Assembly (NCBI GenBank): GCA_003555075.1 | Contig: PWHW01000002.1 | Location: 14,856 to 78,855, forward strand | DNA: 64,000 nt | From: Candidatus Nealsonbacteria bacterium | GTDB lineage: Bacteria; Patescibacteriota; Minisyncoccia; Minisyncoccales; PWPS01 | Direction of reading: 5' to 3' | Shown: piece by piece, positions 45,662-55,270 of the stretch | Position numbering within the stretch: position 1 is the stretch's first letter | How the letters are laid out: each line of letters opens with the position of its first letter | Notes under the pieces: generated by a model | Database searches by the model: none | Told to the model about the DNA's origin: nothing | What the model saw: the letters and a program-made list of their open reading frames with translations, nothing else | Program-made: the position numbers and the translations under genes

Positions 45662-46954
45662 ATGGCTGACAAATTAATTATTGAGGGAAAAAGTAAACTG
45701 AAAGGATCAATAGATGTACGAGGATCAAAGAATGCTGCTACCCCTATTATTGCTGCCACCCTTCTAACCTCTTCTCCCTGCACTCTGGACAACATTCCTC
45801 TTGTGGATGACGTAAAGAAAATGCTCGAGATCATTGAGAGACTGGGTGCGGAAGTAGAGTTCTTGGAAAAGAGGAAAGTAAGGATCACAGCCAAGAATAT
45901 AAGACCCGAAAATCTTAATTTTGATCTTGTCAATAAGATGAGATCCTCCATTCTTCTTGTGGGGCCGCTTGTTGCACGCTTTGGATTCGTAAAGATTCCT
46001 CAGCCGGGAGGTTGTGTTATTGGATCTCGTTCCATAGACACTCATCTCGATGCTTTTTCTGAAATGGGGGTCAAGATCACGGAATTCGGCCTTAAAAAGA
46101 ATGGATCTAGAAGCTCCAATGTTTATCATTTTACTGCAAATGAAAGAATTAAAGGAAAAGAAATAGTTCTTGACGAGTTCTCTGTAACAGCAACGGAGAA
46201 TGTGCTTATGGCTGCTACCTTGGCAAAAGGAGAGACTGTTATAAATATAGCGGCTGCTGAACCTCATGTTCAGGATTTGGCAAGATTTCTTAAAAAATTG
46301 GGGGCGGATATAAAAGGAGAGGGAACAAACATCATTGAAGTAAAAGGAAAGGATCGCCTTGGAGGAGCGCAGCACTTTATCTCTTACGATTATGTGGAGG
46401 CGGGGACTTTCATACTCCTTGCTCTGGCTGCCAAGGGGGAGGTAAAGATCAAAAATGTTCCTGTTGAACACTTAAAACTTTTTATATCAAAACTGAAGAG
46501 TTGCGGAGGAAAAATAAAGGTCAAAGGAAACGACGTTGTCGTTTCACCTTCCAAGCTTTGTATAAACAAGATCCAAACGCTACCTTATCCGGGCATTCCT
46601 ACCGACCTGCAAGCACCGTTAGGAGTTCTTTCTACACAGGCTGAAGGACTTACTCTTATTCATGATCCTCTTTATGAAGGGAGATTGAAGTACTTGGAGC
46701 AACTCAATAAAATGGGAGCGGAAATAGTGGTTTGTGATCCTCATAGAGCTATAATAAACGGTCCTACGAGATTGCACGGTGTAAAACTTGATCCTTTGGA
46801 CCTTAGAGCGGGTGCGGCTCTTATTATTGCCGGACTAGTTGCGGAAGGAACCACGGTAATACGAGACATTTCTCAAGCTGATAGAGGTTATGAGGAGATA
46901 GAAAAAAGGCTTTGTGAGTTAGGAGCCAAGATAAAAAGAGTCAAGAATTCTTAG
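45662..46954 (+). CDS. murA: UDP-N-acetylglucosamine 1-carboxyvinyltransferase
   Basis: MADKLIIEGKSKLKGSIDVRGSKNA and active-site loop PGGCVIGSRSIDTHL. The internal ATG is chosen over the track start. Confidence 0.95.
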   Translation: MADKLIIEGKSKLKGSIDVRGSKNAATPIIAATLLTSSPCTLDNIPLVDDVKKMLEIIERLGAEVEFLEKRKVRITAKNIRPENLNFDLVNKMRSSILLVGPLVARFGFVKIPQPGGCVIGSRSIDTHLDAFSEMGVKITEFGLKKNGSRSSNVYHFTANERIKGKEIVLDEFSVTATENVLMAATLAKGETVINIAAAEPHVQDLARFLKKLGADIKGEGTNIIEVKGKDRLGGAQHFISYDYVEAGTFILLALAAKGEVKIKNVPVEHLKLFISKLKSCGGKIKVKGNDVVVSPSKLCINKIQTLPYPGIPTDLQAPLGVLSTQAEGLTLIHDPLYEGRLKYLEQLNKMGAEIVVCDPHRAIINGPTRLHGVKLDPLDLRAGAALIIAGLVAEGTTVIRDISQADRGYEEIEKRLCELGAKIKRVKNS

Positions 46955-47027
46955 CAATGTGCTCTTCTTGATTTCCTACTTTGGTTAAAATATTGAAAAT
47001 CTTCCAAAAATTGAAAATTAACAAATT

Positions 47028-48029
47028 ATGTTTTCACGTAAAATAGGAATAGATTTAGGGACCTGCAATTCACTTGTTTTTGCCCCCGGGAAAGAAATAA
47101 TTTTGAACGAACCTTCGGTGGTGGCGGTTAGCGTTTATGAGAACAAGATACTTGCTGTAGGAAAAGAGGCTAAAGAAATGACGGGAAGAACTCCTGATGA
47201 GATAAGAGTTTATCGTCCTCTGCGTGACGGGGTTATTGCTGAATACAGAATAACGGAGGCCATGCTAACTCATTTTATAAAGAAGTCTCCTGGCCTTAAA
47301 TTCATCAAACCAGAGCTTATGATCGGTGTGCCTGCCGGGATCACTTCTACGGAAAAGAGAGCGGTGGTCGAAGCGGGGGTTTCTGCAGGAGCGAGAGCCG
47401 TGTATGCTGTCAAAGAACCTATTTTGGCAGCAATTGGAGCGGGAATTCCCATTGAATCTTGTGCGGGGCATATGGTGGTTGACATAGGAGGGGGAACCAC
47501 GGAAATAGCAGTAATCTCTTTGGGAGGTATCGTTGTTGCGCGTTCTTTGAGAGTGGCAGGTGACAGTATGGATTTCGAGATATCAAATTACGTGAAGAAT
47601 AAACATAATGTTGCTCTCGGAGAAAAAAGTGTAGAAGAAGTTAAGACTACTATAGGAACGGCTATTGCGGAAAACGAGGAAATGGAGATGGAGGTAAGAG
47701 GAAGAGATCTTGTTTCCGGATTACCCAAAACCATCAAAGTTTCTTCGGGAGAAGTTTATGAGGCCACTTTGGGCACAATGGAGGAAATAGTAAAAGTTAT
47801 TAAGCAGGTTTTGAGAGAAACTCCTCCCGAGCTATCGGCGGATATCATGGATAAAGGAATGATATTAACGGGAGGAGGAGCACTTCTTAGAAATATAGAC
47901 GTACTTATTACTGAAAAGACGGGAGTGCCTTCTTTTGTTGCAGAAGATGCTCTTTTGTCCGTGGCAAAAGGGGCGGGAGCGGTGCTTGATAATTTGGATG
48001 CTTATAAAAAAAGCATGATGAGCAAATAG
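47028..48029 (+). CDS. mreB: Rod-shape-determining actin homolog MreB (paralog 1)
   Basis: IGIDLGTCNSLVF, EPSVVAV, VDIGGGTTEIAV and LTGGGALLRNID. Confidence 0.93.
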   Translation: MFSRKIGIDLGTCNSLVFAPGKEIILNEPSVVAVSVYENKILAVGKEAKEMTGRTPDEIRVYRPLRDGVIAEYRITEAMLTHFIKKSPGLKFIKPELMIGVPAGITSTEKRAVVEAGVSAGARAVYAVKEPILAAIGAGIPIESCAGHMVVDIGGGTTEIAVISLGGIVVARSLRVAGDSMDFEISNYVKNKHNVALGEKSVEEVKTTIGTAIAENEEMEMEVRGRDLVSGLPKTIKVSSGEVYEATLGTMEEIVKVIKQVLRETPPELSADIMDKGMILTGGGALLRNIDVLITEKTGVPSFVAEDALLSVAKGAGAVLDNLDAYKKSMMSK

Positions 48030-48032
48030 TAG

Positions 48033-48911
48033 ATGATTATTGGCCACAAAAAACAAATCCAAAGATTGCAAGCTTTACACAAAAGAGGTCAGATTCCTCA
48101 TTCCCTTCTTTTTTCAGGTCCCGAGGGTACGGGAAAGAAAGTGGTTGCCAACTGGTTCTTGAAGATGATAAATTGCCTTAAGGAGGCTTCCTGTGGAATA
48201 TGTGATAACTGCAGGGCAATAGAAGAGAATGTGCACCCCGATGTGTTCCGCGTAGCTCCTCAAGGCAAAGAGATACATCTTGGTCAGGTAGAAGAAATGA
48301 TGGAGAGAATTTCCCATAAAGGAGTTAAGGCACGACTCAAGGGGGTCTTGATAGATAATGCTCATCTTATGAATCTTCAAGCACAAAATTCTCTTTTGAA
48401 GGTGCTTGAAGAACCCCCGCAGGACACCTTGATAATTCTTATTACAGAGTATCCGCGAGTATTGTTGCCCACTATCACTTCCAGAACTTTTTGTTTCAAG
48501 TTCTCCTTTGTTCCTCAAGAGGAGATTGCAGAGTCTTTGTCAGACAAGGAGGCGGCATTTCTTTCTGTGGGAAGGCCCGGATTGGCGATAAAATGCAAGA
48601 ATTGTTCCCGGGAAAAAGAGAGAATGGAATCAAGAAAAGAGGAGGCAAAAAAAGTTGTGGAAGGGGATATTTCAGAGCGTTTTTCTACAATAAAGAAAGT
48701 GATAAAAGAAGAAAGAACGGAAGAATTTTTATCGCACCTCCTGAGGATTACTAAAGATGGTATGAAGAGGAGCTTAGAAGAGGGGAAGTGCACTGATAGT
48801 CACAGAGAGGTTATAAAGGAAATAGAGAGAACACTGTTTCTCTATTCAAAAACAAATATAAATAAGCAACTTGCTCTTGAGAGGATAGCAATAAAATTGC
48901 AAACTTGCTGA
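48033..48911 (+). CDS. holB: DNA polymerase III delta-prime subunit
   Basis: IPHSLLFSGPEGTGKKVVA, Zn module C..CGICDNC, and NSLLKVLEEPP. Confidence 0.85.
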   Translation: MIIGHKKQIQRLQALHKRGQIPHSLLFSGPEGTGKKVVANWFLKMINCLKEASCGICDNCRAIEENVHPDVFRVAPQGKEIHLGQVEEMMERISHKGVKARLKGVLIDNAHLMNLQAQNSLLKVLEEPPQDTLIILITEYPRVLLPTITSRTFCFKFSFVPQEEIAESLSDKEAAFLSVGRPGLAIKCKNCSREKERMESRKEEAKKVVEGDISERFSTIKKVIKEERTEEFLSHLLRITKDGMKRSLEEGKCTDSHREVIKEIERTLFLYSKTNINKQLALERIAIKLQTC

Positions 48912-48976
48912 TGGACAGAGGTGATATCCATTAAGAATGAATTTATTTTTAAAATCATTATAACAAAAGACCAAAT

Positions 48977-49537
48977 ATGTCTGACTACAAAAAAATCATA
49001 GAGGAAGTAAAACCCGAAATGCAAAAGGCGGTGGATTATTTTACGGAAGATATAAAAAGAGTGAGAACCGACAGAGCAACCCCTTCTTTGGTAGAGGATG
49101 TAGTAGTAAATTGTTTTGATCAAAAAATGCCGTTAAAGCAACTTGCGGCGATCTCTTGTCCCGAGAAAAGACAAATACTTATTCAACCGTGGGATAAGAG
49201 TTATACAAAGGATATTGTGGCAGGAATACAAAAATCGGAAACCGACCTCAGTCCCGTGGTAGAGGGAAATCAAATAAGAATAACACTTCCTCCTCTTACA
49301 GAGGAGTATAGAAAGGAGCTTTTAAGGATCCTTTCGGGAAAGAAAGAGGAAGCAAGAGTTGTTTTAAGGAAGGCGCGAGAAGAAGCTTGGAAAAAGATAC
49401 AAGATGGTTGCAAGGACGGGGAAATAATGGAGGATGACAAGTATAAGGCAAAGGATGAACTTCAAAAGGTGATTGATGAATATAATGAAAAACTGGAAGA
49501 GGTCGCCAAAAACAAAGAAGAAGAAATAAAATCATGA
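48977..49537 (+). CDS. frr: Ribosome recycling factor
   Basis: RTDRATPSLVEDVVVNCFDQKMPLKQLAAIS...LTEEYRKELLR. Confidence 0.94.
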   Translation: MSDYKKIIEEVKPEMQKAVDYFTEDIKRVRTDRATPSLVEDVVVNCFDQKMPLKQLAAISCPEKRQILIQPWDKSYTKDIVAGIQKSETDLSPVVEGNQIRITLPPLTEEYRKELLRILSGKKEEARVVLRKAREEAWKKIQDGCKDGEIMEDDKYKAKDELQKVIDEYNEKLEEVAKNKEEEIKS

Positions 49538-50577
49538 ATATAGTGATAATCATTCTTAGCTTAGTACTCCTTATAACCCTGCATGAGCTTGGGCATTTTA
49601 TTTTTGCTCGCAGATACGGAGTCAAAGTGGAGGAGTTCGGAATAGGAATTCCACCAAGGGTGTTGGGAAAGAAGTTGGGTGAGACGATATATTCTTTGAA
49701 TTTAATACCTCTTGGAGGGTTTGTTAGAATGAAAGGAGAGGAGGAGAGATCAGGGGAAAAGGGTAGTTTTTCTGAAAAACCCATTTGGCAGAGGGCGATC
49801 ATAATTGTAGCGGGAGTGGTTAGTTTCTGGGTGCTGGCAGCCCTGATATTTAGCCTTGTATTCTTTTCCTGGGGCAAGGCAGCTTTAGTGGAGGAAGGTT
49901 CAAGCAAGGAGGGCACTGTGCTAATAGTGGCAGCGAAAAGCTTTGATGTAGAATCTTTTGACGATATGAGGGTCGAAGAGGAGGTGGTTGAAGTGGATGG
50001 AGAAAAAGTTGTCCAAGGAAGTATTTTAAAAGAAAGGATAAAGGAGGGAGCGGAAACTATTACGGTAAAAAGAGGCGAAAAAAAGGAAGTGATCTCTCTG
50101 GACGGCAAACAAGAAAAATTCTTGGAAAGTTTTTTTGTAGGGAACTATAGAATGGAAAGAATGAGCCTTTTTGCCTCTCTGGTGGAAGGACCAAAAGAAA
50201 CGTTCCGTGTCAGTGCTTTTCAAGTGAAAGGGCTTGGTTTGCTTGCCCAAGGAGTGTTTTCCGGCGAGGGATTACCTGAAGGGATGGAAGTAGGGGGACC
50301 CGTCATGATAGGAAGTATGGCACTTGATGCTATGGACAGAGGTGTTGGAGATTATCTTTACTTTGTGGCTGTAATAGCATCTGTACTTGCGGTGATAAAC
50401 ATACTTCCCATTCCGGCGCTTGATGGAGGCAGGTTGTTCTTTTTACTCATAGAAAAATTAAAAGGCGCTCCTATTCCTCAGAAAGTGGAGCAGGGGTTGA
50501 ATGCAGCTTTTTTTCTTTTGCTCATCAGTTTTATGATCTATATAACCTATGGGGATATAGTAGGACTCATAAATTAA
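49534..50577 (+). CDS. rseP: RseP-type site-2 protease (peptidase M50 with PDZ-like insert)
   Basis: HELGHFIFARRYGVKVEEFGIG, LGGFVRMKGE and NILPIPALDGGR. Confidence 0.88.
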   Translation: MNIVIIILSLVLLITLHELGHFIFARRYGVKVEEFGIGIPPRVLGKKLGETIYSLNLIPLGGFVRMKGEEERSGEKGSFSEKPIWQRAIIIVAGVVSFWVLAALIFSLVFFSWGKAALVEEGSSKEGTVLIVAAKSFDVESFDDMRVEEEVVEVDGEKVVQGSILKERIKEGAETITVKRGEKKEVISLDGKQEKFLESFFVGNYRMERMSLFASLVEGPKETFRVSAFQVKGLGLLAQGVFSGEGLPEGMEVGGPVMIGSMALDAMDRGVGDYLYFVAVIASVLAVINILPIPALDGGRLFFLLIEKLKGAPIPQKVEQGLNAAFFLLLISFMIYITYGDIVGLIN

Positions 50578-50584
50578 ACAAACC

Positions 50585-51826
50585 ATGAGACAATCATCAT
50601 TTTTTATCAGAACCAAAAAAGAAGAAATAAAAGGAGAGCCTTCACTGAACGCGCAACTTCTTTTAAGGGGTGGATTTGTTAACAAAGAAATGGCAGGGGT
50701 TTATTCTTATTTACCCATGGGATTGAAAGTTTTAAAAAAGATAGAGAACATAATAAGAGAAGAAATGAGAACAAAGTTAGGAGCCCAAGAGGTTCTTATG
50801 CCCGCTCTTCATCCTTTGGAAAATTATAAAGCTACTGGAAGGAGCGAGATGGACGTTCTTTTTCATACCGATCTTAACGGCGGGGGGAAACTTGTCTTGG
50901 GGCAAAGTCATGAAGAAATAGTTGTTCCTCTTTTAAAAAAATTTATTTCTTCTTACAGGGATCTTCCCCTGGGAGTTTTTCAAATACAAACAAAGTTCAG
51001 GAACGAGTTACGAGCAAAGTCGGGAATACTCAGAGGAAGAGAATTTTTAATGAAGGATCTTTACTCTTTCCATGAGGACGAAGAGTGTCTTGCGGAATAC
51101 TATGAGAGATCCAAAGAAGCATACCATAGTATTTTTAATAGACTTGGGATAGGTGACAGGACTTACCTTACTTTTGCATCAGGAGGAACTTTTTCCGATT
51201 ATTCCCATGAGTTCCAAACGATTACTGAATCAGGAGAAGATGACGTTTATCTTTGTAAGGAATGTAATGTAGGGATAAACGAGGAAATAATAGAAGAAAA
51301 CCCCTGTTGTCCTTCTTGTGAGAAAAATAAAAATGAGTTGCGAAAAGAAAGGGCGATCGAGGTTGGTAACATCTTTCCTTTGAATACCAGATTTTCAGAC
51401 CCCTTTTCTTTGACTTACAAGAGCAAGAATGGTGAAGAAAGACCGGTATTCATGGGATGTTATGGAATCGGAGTTAGTCGAGCAATGGGAGCGGTGGTTG
51501 AAATTCTTTCCGATGAAAAAGGTATTGTTTGGCCCAAGGAGATATCCCCTTTTTCTGTTCATATTATTTCTTTGGAGAAGAATGAGGAAGCGGAAAAGAT
51601 ATATCAAAAGTTGATTGATGCAGGAATGGAAGTGCTCCTTGATGATCGTGATAGTAGTCCCGGAGAAAAGTTTGCAGAGAGTGACCTGATGGGTATTCCT
51701 GTTAGGATTGTTGTTAGTGAAAAAACTTTACGAAGTGATTCAGTGGAATTCAAAAAAAGAACAGAGAAAGAAGCAGAGCTTATTAAAATAGAGGAAATAG
51801 TGTCTTATGTTGAACAAAATATTTAA
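50585..51826 (+). CDS. proS: Prolyl-tRNA synthetase, bacterial-type core without INS editing domain (413 aa)
   Basis: LLLRGGFVNKEMAGVYSYLPMGLKVLKKIENIIREEM, motif 2 FRNELRAKSGILRGREF, and motif 3 GCYGIGVSR. CKEC...CPSC occupies the position where INS normally sits. Confidence 0.9.
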   Translation: MRQSSFFIRTKKEEIKGEPSLNAQLLLRGGFVNKEMAGVYSYLPMGLKVLKKIENIIREEMRTKLGAQEVLMPALHPLENYKATGRSEMDVLFHTDLNGGGKLVLGQSHEEIVVPLLKKFISSYRDLPLGVFQIQTKFRNELRAKSGILRGREFLMKDLYSFHEDEECLAEYYERSKEAYHSIFNRLGIGDRTYLTFASGGTFSDYSHEFQTITESGEDDVYLCKECNVGINEEIIEENPCCPSCEKNKNELRKERAIEVGNIFPLNTRFSDPFSLTYKSKNGEERPVFMGCYGIGVSRAMGAVVEILSDEKGIVWPKEISPFSVHIISLEKNEEAEKIYQKLIDAGMEVLLDDRDSSPGEKFAESDLMGIPVRIVVSEKTLRSDSVEFKKRTEKEAELIKIEEIVSYVEQNI

Positions 51827-52862
51827 TAAATTTTCCATGGATATTGGCATTGATCTTGGAACGGCCAATTGTTTGGTTTATGTAAAAGGAAAAGGGATCA
51901 TTCTTTCGGAGCCTTCTGTGGTTGCCGTTAATAATAAGACAGGACAGGTTTTGGCCATAGGAGAGGAGGCACGAAAGATGGTTGGAAAGACTCCGGGGCA
52001 TATTGTTGCAACCAGACCTCTTGTAGCGGGAGTAGTTTCCGATTTTGATGTCACTGAGCACATGCTTCGTTATTTCATAGAAAAGGCAAGTGACGCTCAA
52101 GGATTTTCATTCCATCCTCGTCCCAAAGTGGTAATAGGAATCCCTTGCGGTGTTACGGAAGTAGAGAGAAGAGCAGTAGAAGATGCGGGAAAGAACGCGG
52201 GAGCTGGAAAGGTTTATTTGATCGAGGAGCCTATGGCGGCAGCCATCGGAGTGAGGCTTCCTATTCAGGATCCGGGAGGAAATTTTGTGGTTGATATTGG
52301 AGGAGGGACAACGGAAGTGGCAGTAATGTCCTTGGGAGGGATCGTAAGATCCAAAAGTTTACGAATTGCAGGTGATAAGCTCAATGAGGATATAATAAAT
52401 TTTGCGGAAAAGGAGTATAAATTATTTATTGGTGAAAGGACTGCGGAAGAAGTCAAGATGAGAATAGGATCTGCAATTCCCATGGAAGAAAAAACAGAGT
52501 CTTCTATAAAGGGAAGAAATATGGTTACTGGTCTTCCTGAAGAAGTGACTGTTACAGATGCCGATATAAGAAAAGCTATAGAAAAATCGGTTGGTGAGAT
52601 AGTAAGTACCATAAAAGATACGATAGAAGAAGTTCCTCCCGAGCTTCTTTCCGACATTATGTCCAAGGGAATATATCTCCTGGGGGGAGGAAGTTTACTC
52701 AAAGGACTTGATAAGCTTATTGAGGAAGAAACAAAAGTAAAGACGCAAGTCGGTGACGATCCTTTAACAGCGGTTGTGAGAGGAGCCGGGTATGCTCTTG
52801 AGCACCTTGATGAACACACAGAGATATTTCTGGAAACTGAGGATCTTGAACCTCCCAAGTAA
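51807..52862 (+). CDS. mreB: Rod-shape-determining actin homolog MreB (paralog 2)
   Basis: IGIDLGTANCLVY, VDIGGGTTEVAV and LLGGGSLLKGLD. Overlaps the proS 3' end by 20 nt. Confidence 0.93.
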   Translation: MLNKIFNKFSMDIGIDLGTANCLVYVKGKGIILSEPSVVAVNNKTGQVLAIGEEARKMVGKTPGHIVATRPLVAGVVSDFDVTEHMLRYFIEKASDAQGFSFHPRPKVVIGIPCGVTEVERRAVEDAGKNAGAGKVYLIEEPMAAAIGVRLPIQDPGGNFVVDIGGGTTEVAVMSLGGIVRSKSLRIAGDKLNEDIINFAEKEYKLFIGERTAEEVKMRIGSAIPMEEKTESSIKGRNMVTGLPEEVTVTDADIRKAIEKSVGEIVSTIKDTIEEVPPELLSDIMSKGIYLLGGGSLLKGLDKLIEEETKVKTQVGDDPLTAVVRGAGYALEHLDEHTEIFLETEDLEPPK

Positions 52863-52882
52863 AAATTTTTTAATTGAGAACT

Positions 52883-53167
52883 ATGATCGAAAAAAGAGAA
52901 ATAGAAAAACTTGCCTTTCTCTCCAGAATAAGACTTGACAATAAGGATGCCAAGGAGATCAGAGAGGATTTGGAATCTATTTTAGGGTATGTGCAAAAAC
53001 TTAAGAACGTCAATACTGAGGACGTGGAACCCTTGTTTCATTTTCCGGAATTGAAGAATGTGGTAAGAGAGGATAAGCCGTGTACGGTAAACAGAGAAAC
53101 TCAAAAAGAAATGATGAGAATGGGCAAGGACAAGGATGATTATTTAAAAGTTGAATCAATACTGTAA
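52883..53167 (+). CDS. gatC: Asp/Glu-tRNA amidotransferase subunit C
   Basis: IEKLAFLSRIRL...ILGYVQKLKNVNTEDVEP. Confidence 0.88.
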   Translation: MIEKREIEKLAFLSRIRLDNKDAKEIREDLESILGYVQKLKNVNTEDVEPLFHFPELKNVVREDKPCTVNRETQKEMMRMGKDKDDYLKVESIL

Positions 53168-53174
53168 TAAAAAT

Positions 53175-54566
53175 ATGGTTGCAACAACTATCAAAGAAAC
53201 ACAAGAAAAACTGAGAAAAGGAGAGATTTCTTATAAAGAGCTACTTTCCGGATTTTTGTCACGTATCAAAGAAAGGAACGAAGAGACCAACGCGCTACTT
53301 TCCGTTATGGAAAAGCAATCCGAAAAAATAAAAAATGTAAGCAGCGAACTTCCTTTATATGGTGCTGTTTTTGCTATAAAAGATAATATTTTGATAAAAG
53401 GAGAAAGTTGCACTGCGGGGTCTAAGCTTTTGGAGCACTATAGGGCGCCCTTTGATGCTACGGTAATTGAAAAAATAAGGAGGAATGGTGGAGTATTCAT
53501 AGGAAAGGCGAATATGGATGAGTTTGCAATGGGTTCTTCTAGTGAGAATTCCGCTTTCGGTGAAATAAGGAACCCTTATGACCTTGAAAAAGTTCCCGGC
53601 GGTTCTTCAGGTGGTTGCGCTGTTGCAGTAAAAGATGGGATGTGCAATGCCGCTCTTGGTTCTGACACGGGAGGTTCCATAAGGCAGCCCGCGGCATTTT
53701 GTGGAGTAGTGGGATTTAAGCCCACTTATGGAACTGTGTCGCGTTATGGAGTTATCAGTATGGCCTCTTCATTTGACCAGGTAGGACCTTTTGCTAATAG
53801 CGTGGAGGATGCGCAACTTATATTTGAAACCATAAGAGGGAAGGACGAAAAGGATTCGGTGACCAGTAACTTCGAGAAAAAAGAAGCACCAAAGAGTATA
53901 AAAGTTGGAATTCCAGAAGAATATTTTGTTGAAGGGATGGAGAAAGAGGTTGAGGACGCTATCAAGGAGGCCATATCAAAGATAGAGAAGAATGATATAG
54001 AAGTAGTTAATGTTAATCTCCCTCATACGGAATATGCTTTGCCTGCCTATGAGATCATCATGGCTTCCGAGGTTTCGGCAAACATGGCACGTTATGATGG
54101 TATCAGATATGGACTGGAATTTGATAGGCCTGCGGCAAAGAGTATAGAGGAGGCTTATCTTAAGAATCGCGGAGGAGGCTTTGGAAAAGAGGCGAGAAGG
54201 AGAATAATATTGGGAACATATACTCTTTCTGCTGGATATTATGATGCTTATTACATAAAGGCACAAAAAGTAAGGAATCTTATTGCAAGTGATTTTAGCG
54301 ATGCTTTTAAAAAGGTGGATGTCATACTTGCTCCGGCAACTCCTACTCTTCCCTTTAACATAGGAGAGAAGGTGGAGGATCCGCTCTCAATGCATTTATC
54401 TGATATTTTCACTGTTACTTCCAATCTTGCTGGTCTTCCGGCTCTTTCGATTCCATGTGGGGAGAGAAAGGGGCTTCCTGTTGGCATGCAGGTTATTGGT
54501 GATAGATTCAATGAAGATATTTTATTTCATGTATCCAAAAAACTTGAAAAAATATGGAAGAAATGA
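53175..54566 (+). CDS. gatA: Asp/Glu-tRNA amidotransferase subunit A
   Basis: Amidase signature GGSSGGCAVAV...GSDTGGSIRQPAAFCGVVGFKPTYG. No gatB follows. Confidence 0.94.
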   Translation: MVATTIKETQEKLRKGEISYKELLSGFLSRIKERNEETNALLSVMEKQSEKIKNVSSELPLYGAVFAIKDNILIKGESCTAGSKLLEHYRAPFDATVIEKIRRNGGVFIGKANMDEFAMGSSSENSAFGEIRNPYDLEKVPGGSSGGCAVAVKDGMCNAALGSDTGGSIRQPAAFCGVVGFKPTYGTVSRYGVISMASSFDQVGPFANSVEDAQLIFETIRGKDEKDSVTSNFEKKEAPKSIKVGIPEEYFVEGMEKEVEDAIKEAISKIEKNDIEVVNVNLPHTEYALPAYEIIMASEVSANMARYDGIRYGLEFDRPAAKSIEEAYLKNRGGGFGKEARRRIILGTYTLSAGYYDAYYIKAQKVRNLIASDFSDAFKKVDVILAPATPTLPFNIGEKVEDPLSMHLSDIFTVTSNLAGLPALSIPCGERKGLPVGMQVIGDRFNEDILFHVSKKLEKIWKK

Positions 54567-55111
54567 TCACAGAAATAACGGAACATATTGAGGAATTCCT
54601 CATACATATTGCCAATCCCGAACTTATTTCTCCGGACTTCTTTATTGTATGGCAATCATTACGGGTGATGTTTATCGTTGTTACCTTGTTTTTTGTAGGT
54701 ATTCTTTTATACCTTCTAATGAAGAGCGATTATTTAACATATCGTTTCAAAGAGGATTTTGTGGAAAGAAAGAAAACCAAACCGTTTTTGAATGTTAAGA
54801 TAAAAAAGGATTGGGGGGAGATAATGTCTCATGCCAATCATGAGAACGAATCAGAACGAAAACTTGCGGTTATCGAGGCTGATGATGCTTTAAACGACGC
54901 TCTTTCTCAGCTCGGGTATGAGGGAGAGGATCTTTTGGAGAAACTCAAGGGATTAACGGAAGAGATCGTGCCCAATATCAAGGATTTGCAAGAAGCTCAC
55001 AAAGAGAGAAGAGATATTGTATATGACCCCAATAAAGGGCTTTCCAAAGAGGAAGCAAAGGAACTTATTGCTGTTTACGAAGAGACCTTTCGTTATTTCC
55101 AGATCTTTTAA
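54554..55111 (+). CDS. Hypothetical single-pass membrane protein (185 aa)
   Basis: TM helix MFIVVTLFFVGILLYLL and a helical charged C-domain. No recognised motif. Confidence 0.5.
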   Translation: MEEMITEITEHIEEFLIHIANPELISPDFFIVWQSLRVMFIVVTLFFVGILLYLLMKSDYLTYRFKEDFVERKKTKPFLNVKIKKDWGEIMSHANHENESERKLAVIEADDALNDALSQLGYEGEDLLEKLKGLTEEIVPNIKDLQEAHKERRDIVYDPNKGLSKEEAKELIAVYEETFRYFQIF

Positions 55112-55114
55112 TTA

Positions 55115-55143
55115 TTGACAATTTCTTTTTAATTTTGTAGCAT
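55115..55143 (+). promoter_or_regulatory. Candidate promoter for the tRNA operon (TTGACA-17 nt-TAGCAT)
   Basis: -35 at 55115-55120 and -10 at 55138-55143. Confidence 0.5.
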
Positions 55144-55172
55144 TACGCTGTAGTTCCCTTGATTGATTACAC

Positions 55173-55243
55173 AGCGGGGTAGTGAAATGGTATCATTTAG
55201 GGCCCATAACCCTAAGTTCCAGGTTCGAATCCTGGCCCCGCAA
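55173..55243 (+). tRNA. tRNA-Met (CAU), initiator-like
   Basis: Three consecutive G-C pairs closing the anticodon stem (GGG/CCC), a 1:72 A-A mismatch, T-arm CCAGGTTCGAATCCTGG, and anticodon loop CCCAUAA. Confidence 0.8.
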
Positions 55244-55270
55244 CATTCTTATAAATATGTGTTCCAGAGG

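Noticed and set aside
45764-46471. 235-aa ORF antisense to murA (similar cases at 8408-9025, 20239-20817, 22970-23497, 52265-52858 and 60141-60674)
   Set aside because: All lie fully inside strongly supported housekeeping genes on the other strand and show no recognisable motifs.
49296-50108. 270-aa Ser/Thr/Pro-rich ORF antisense to frr and rseP
   Set aside because: It crosses the boundary of two well-supported sense genes, is low-complexity and has no start context. It is a shadow ORF.
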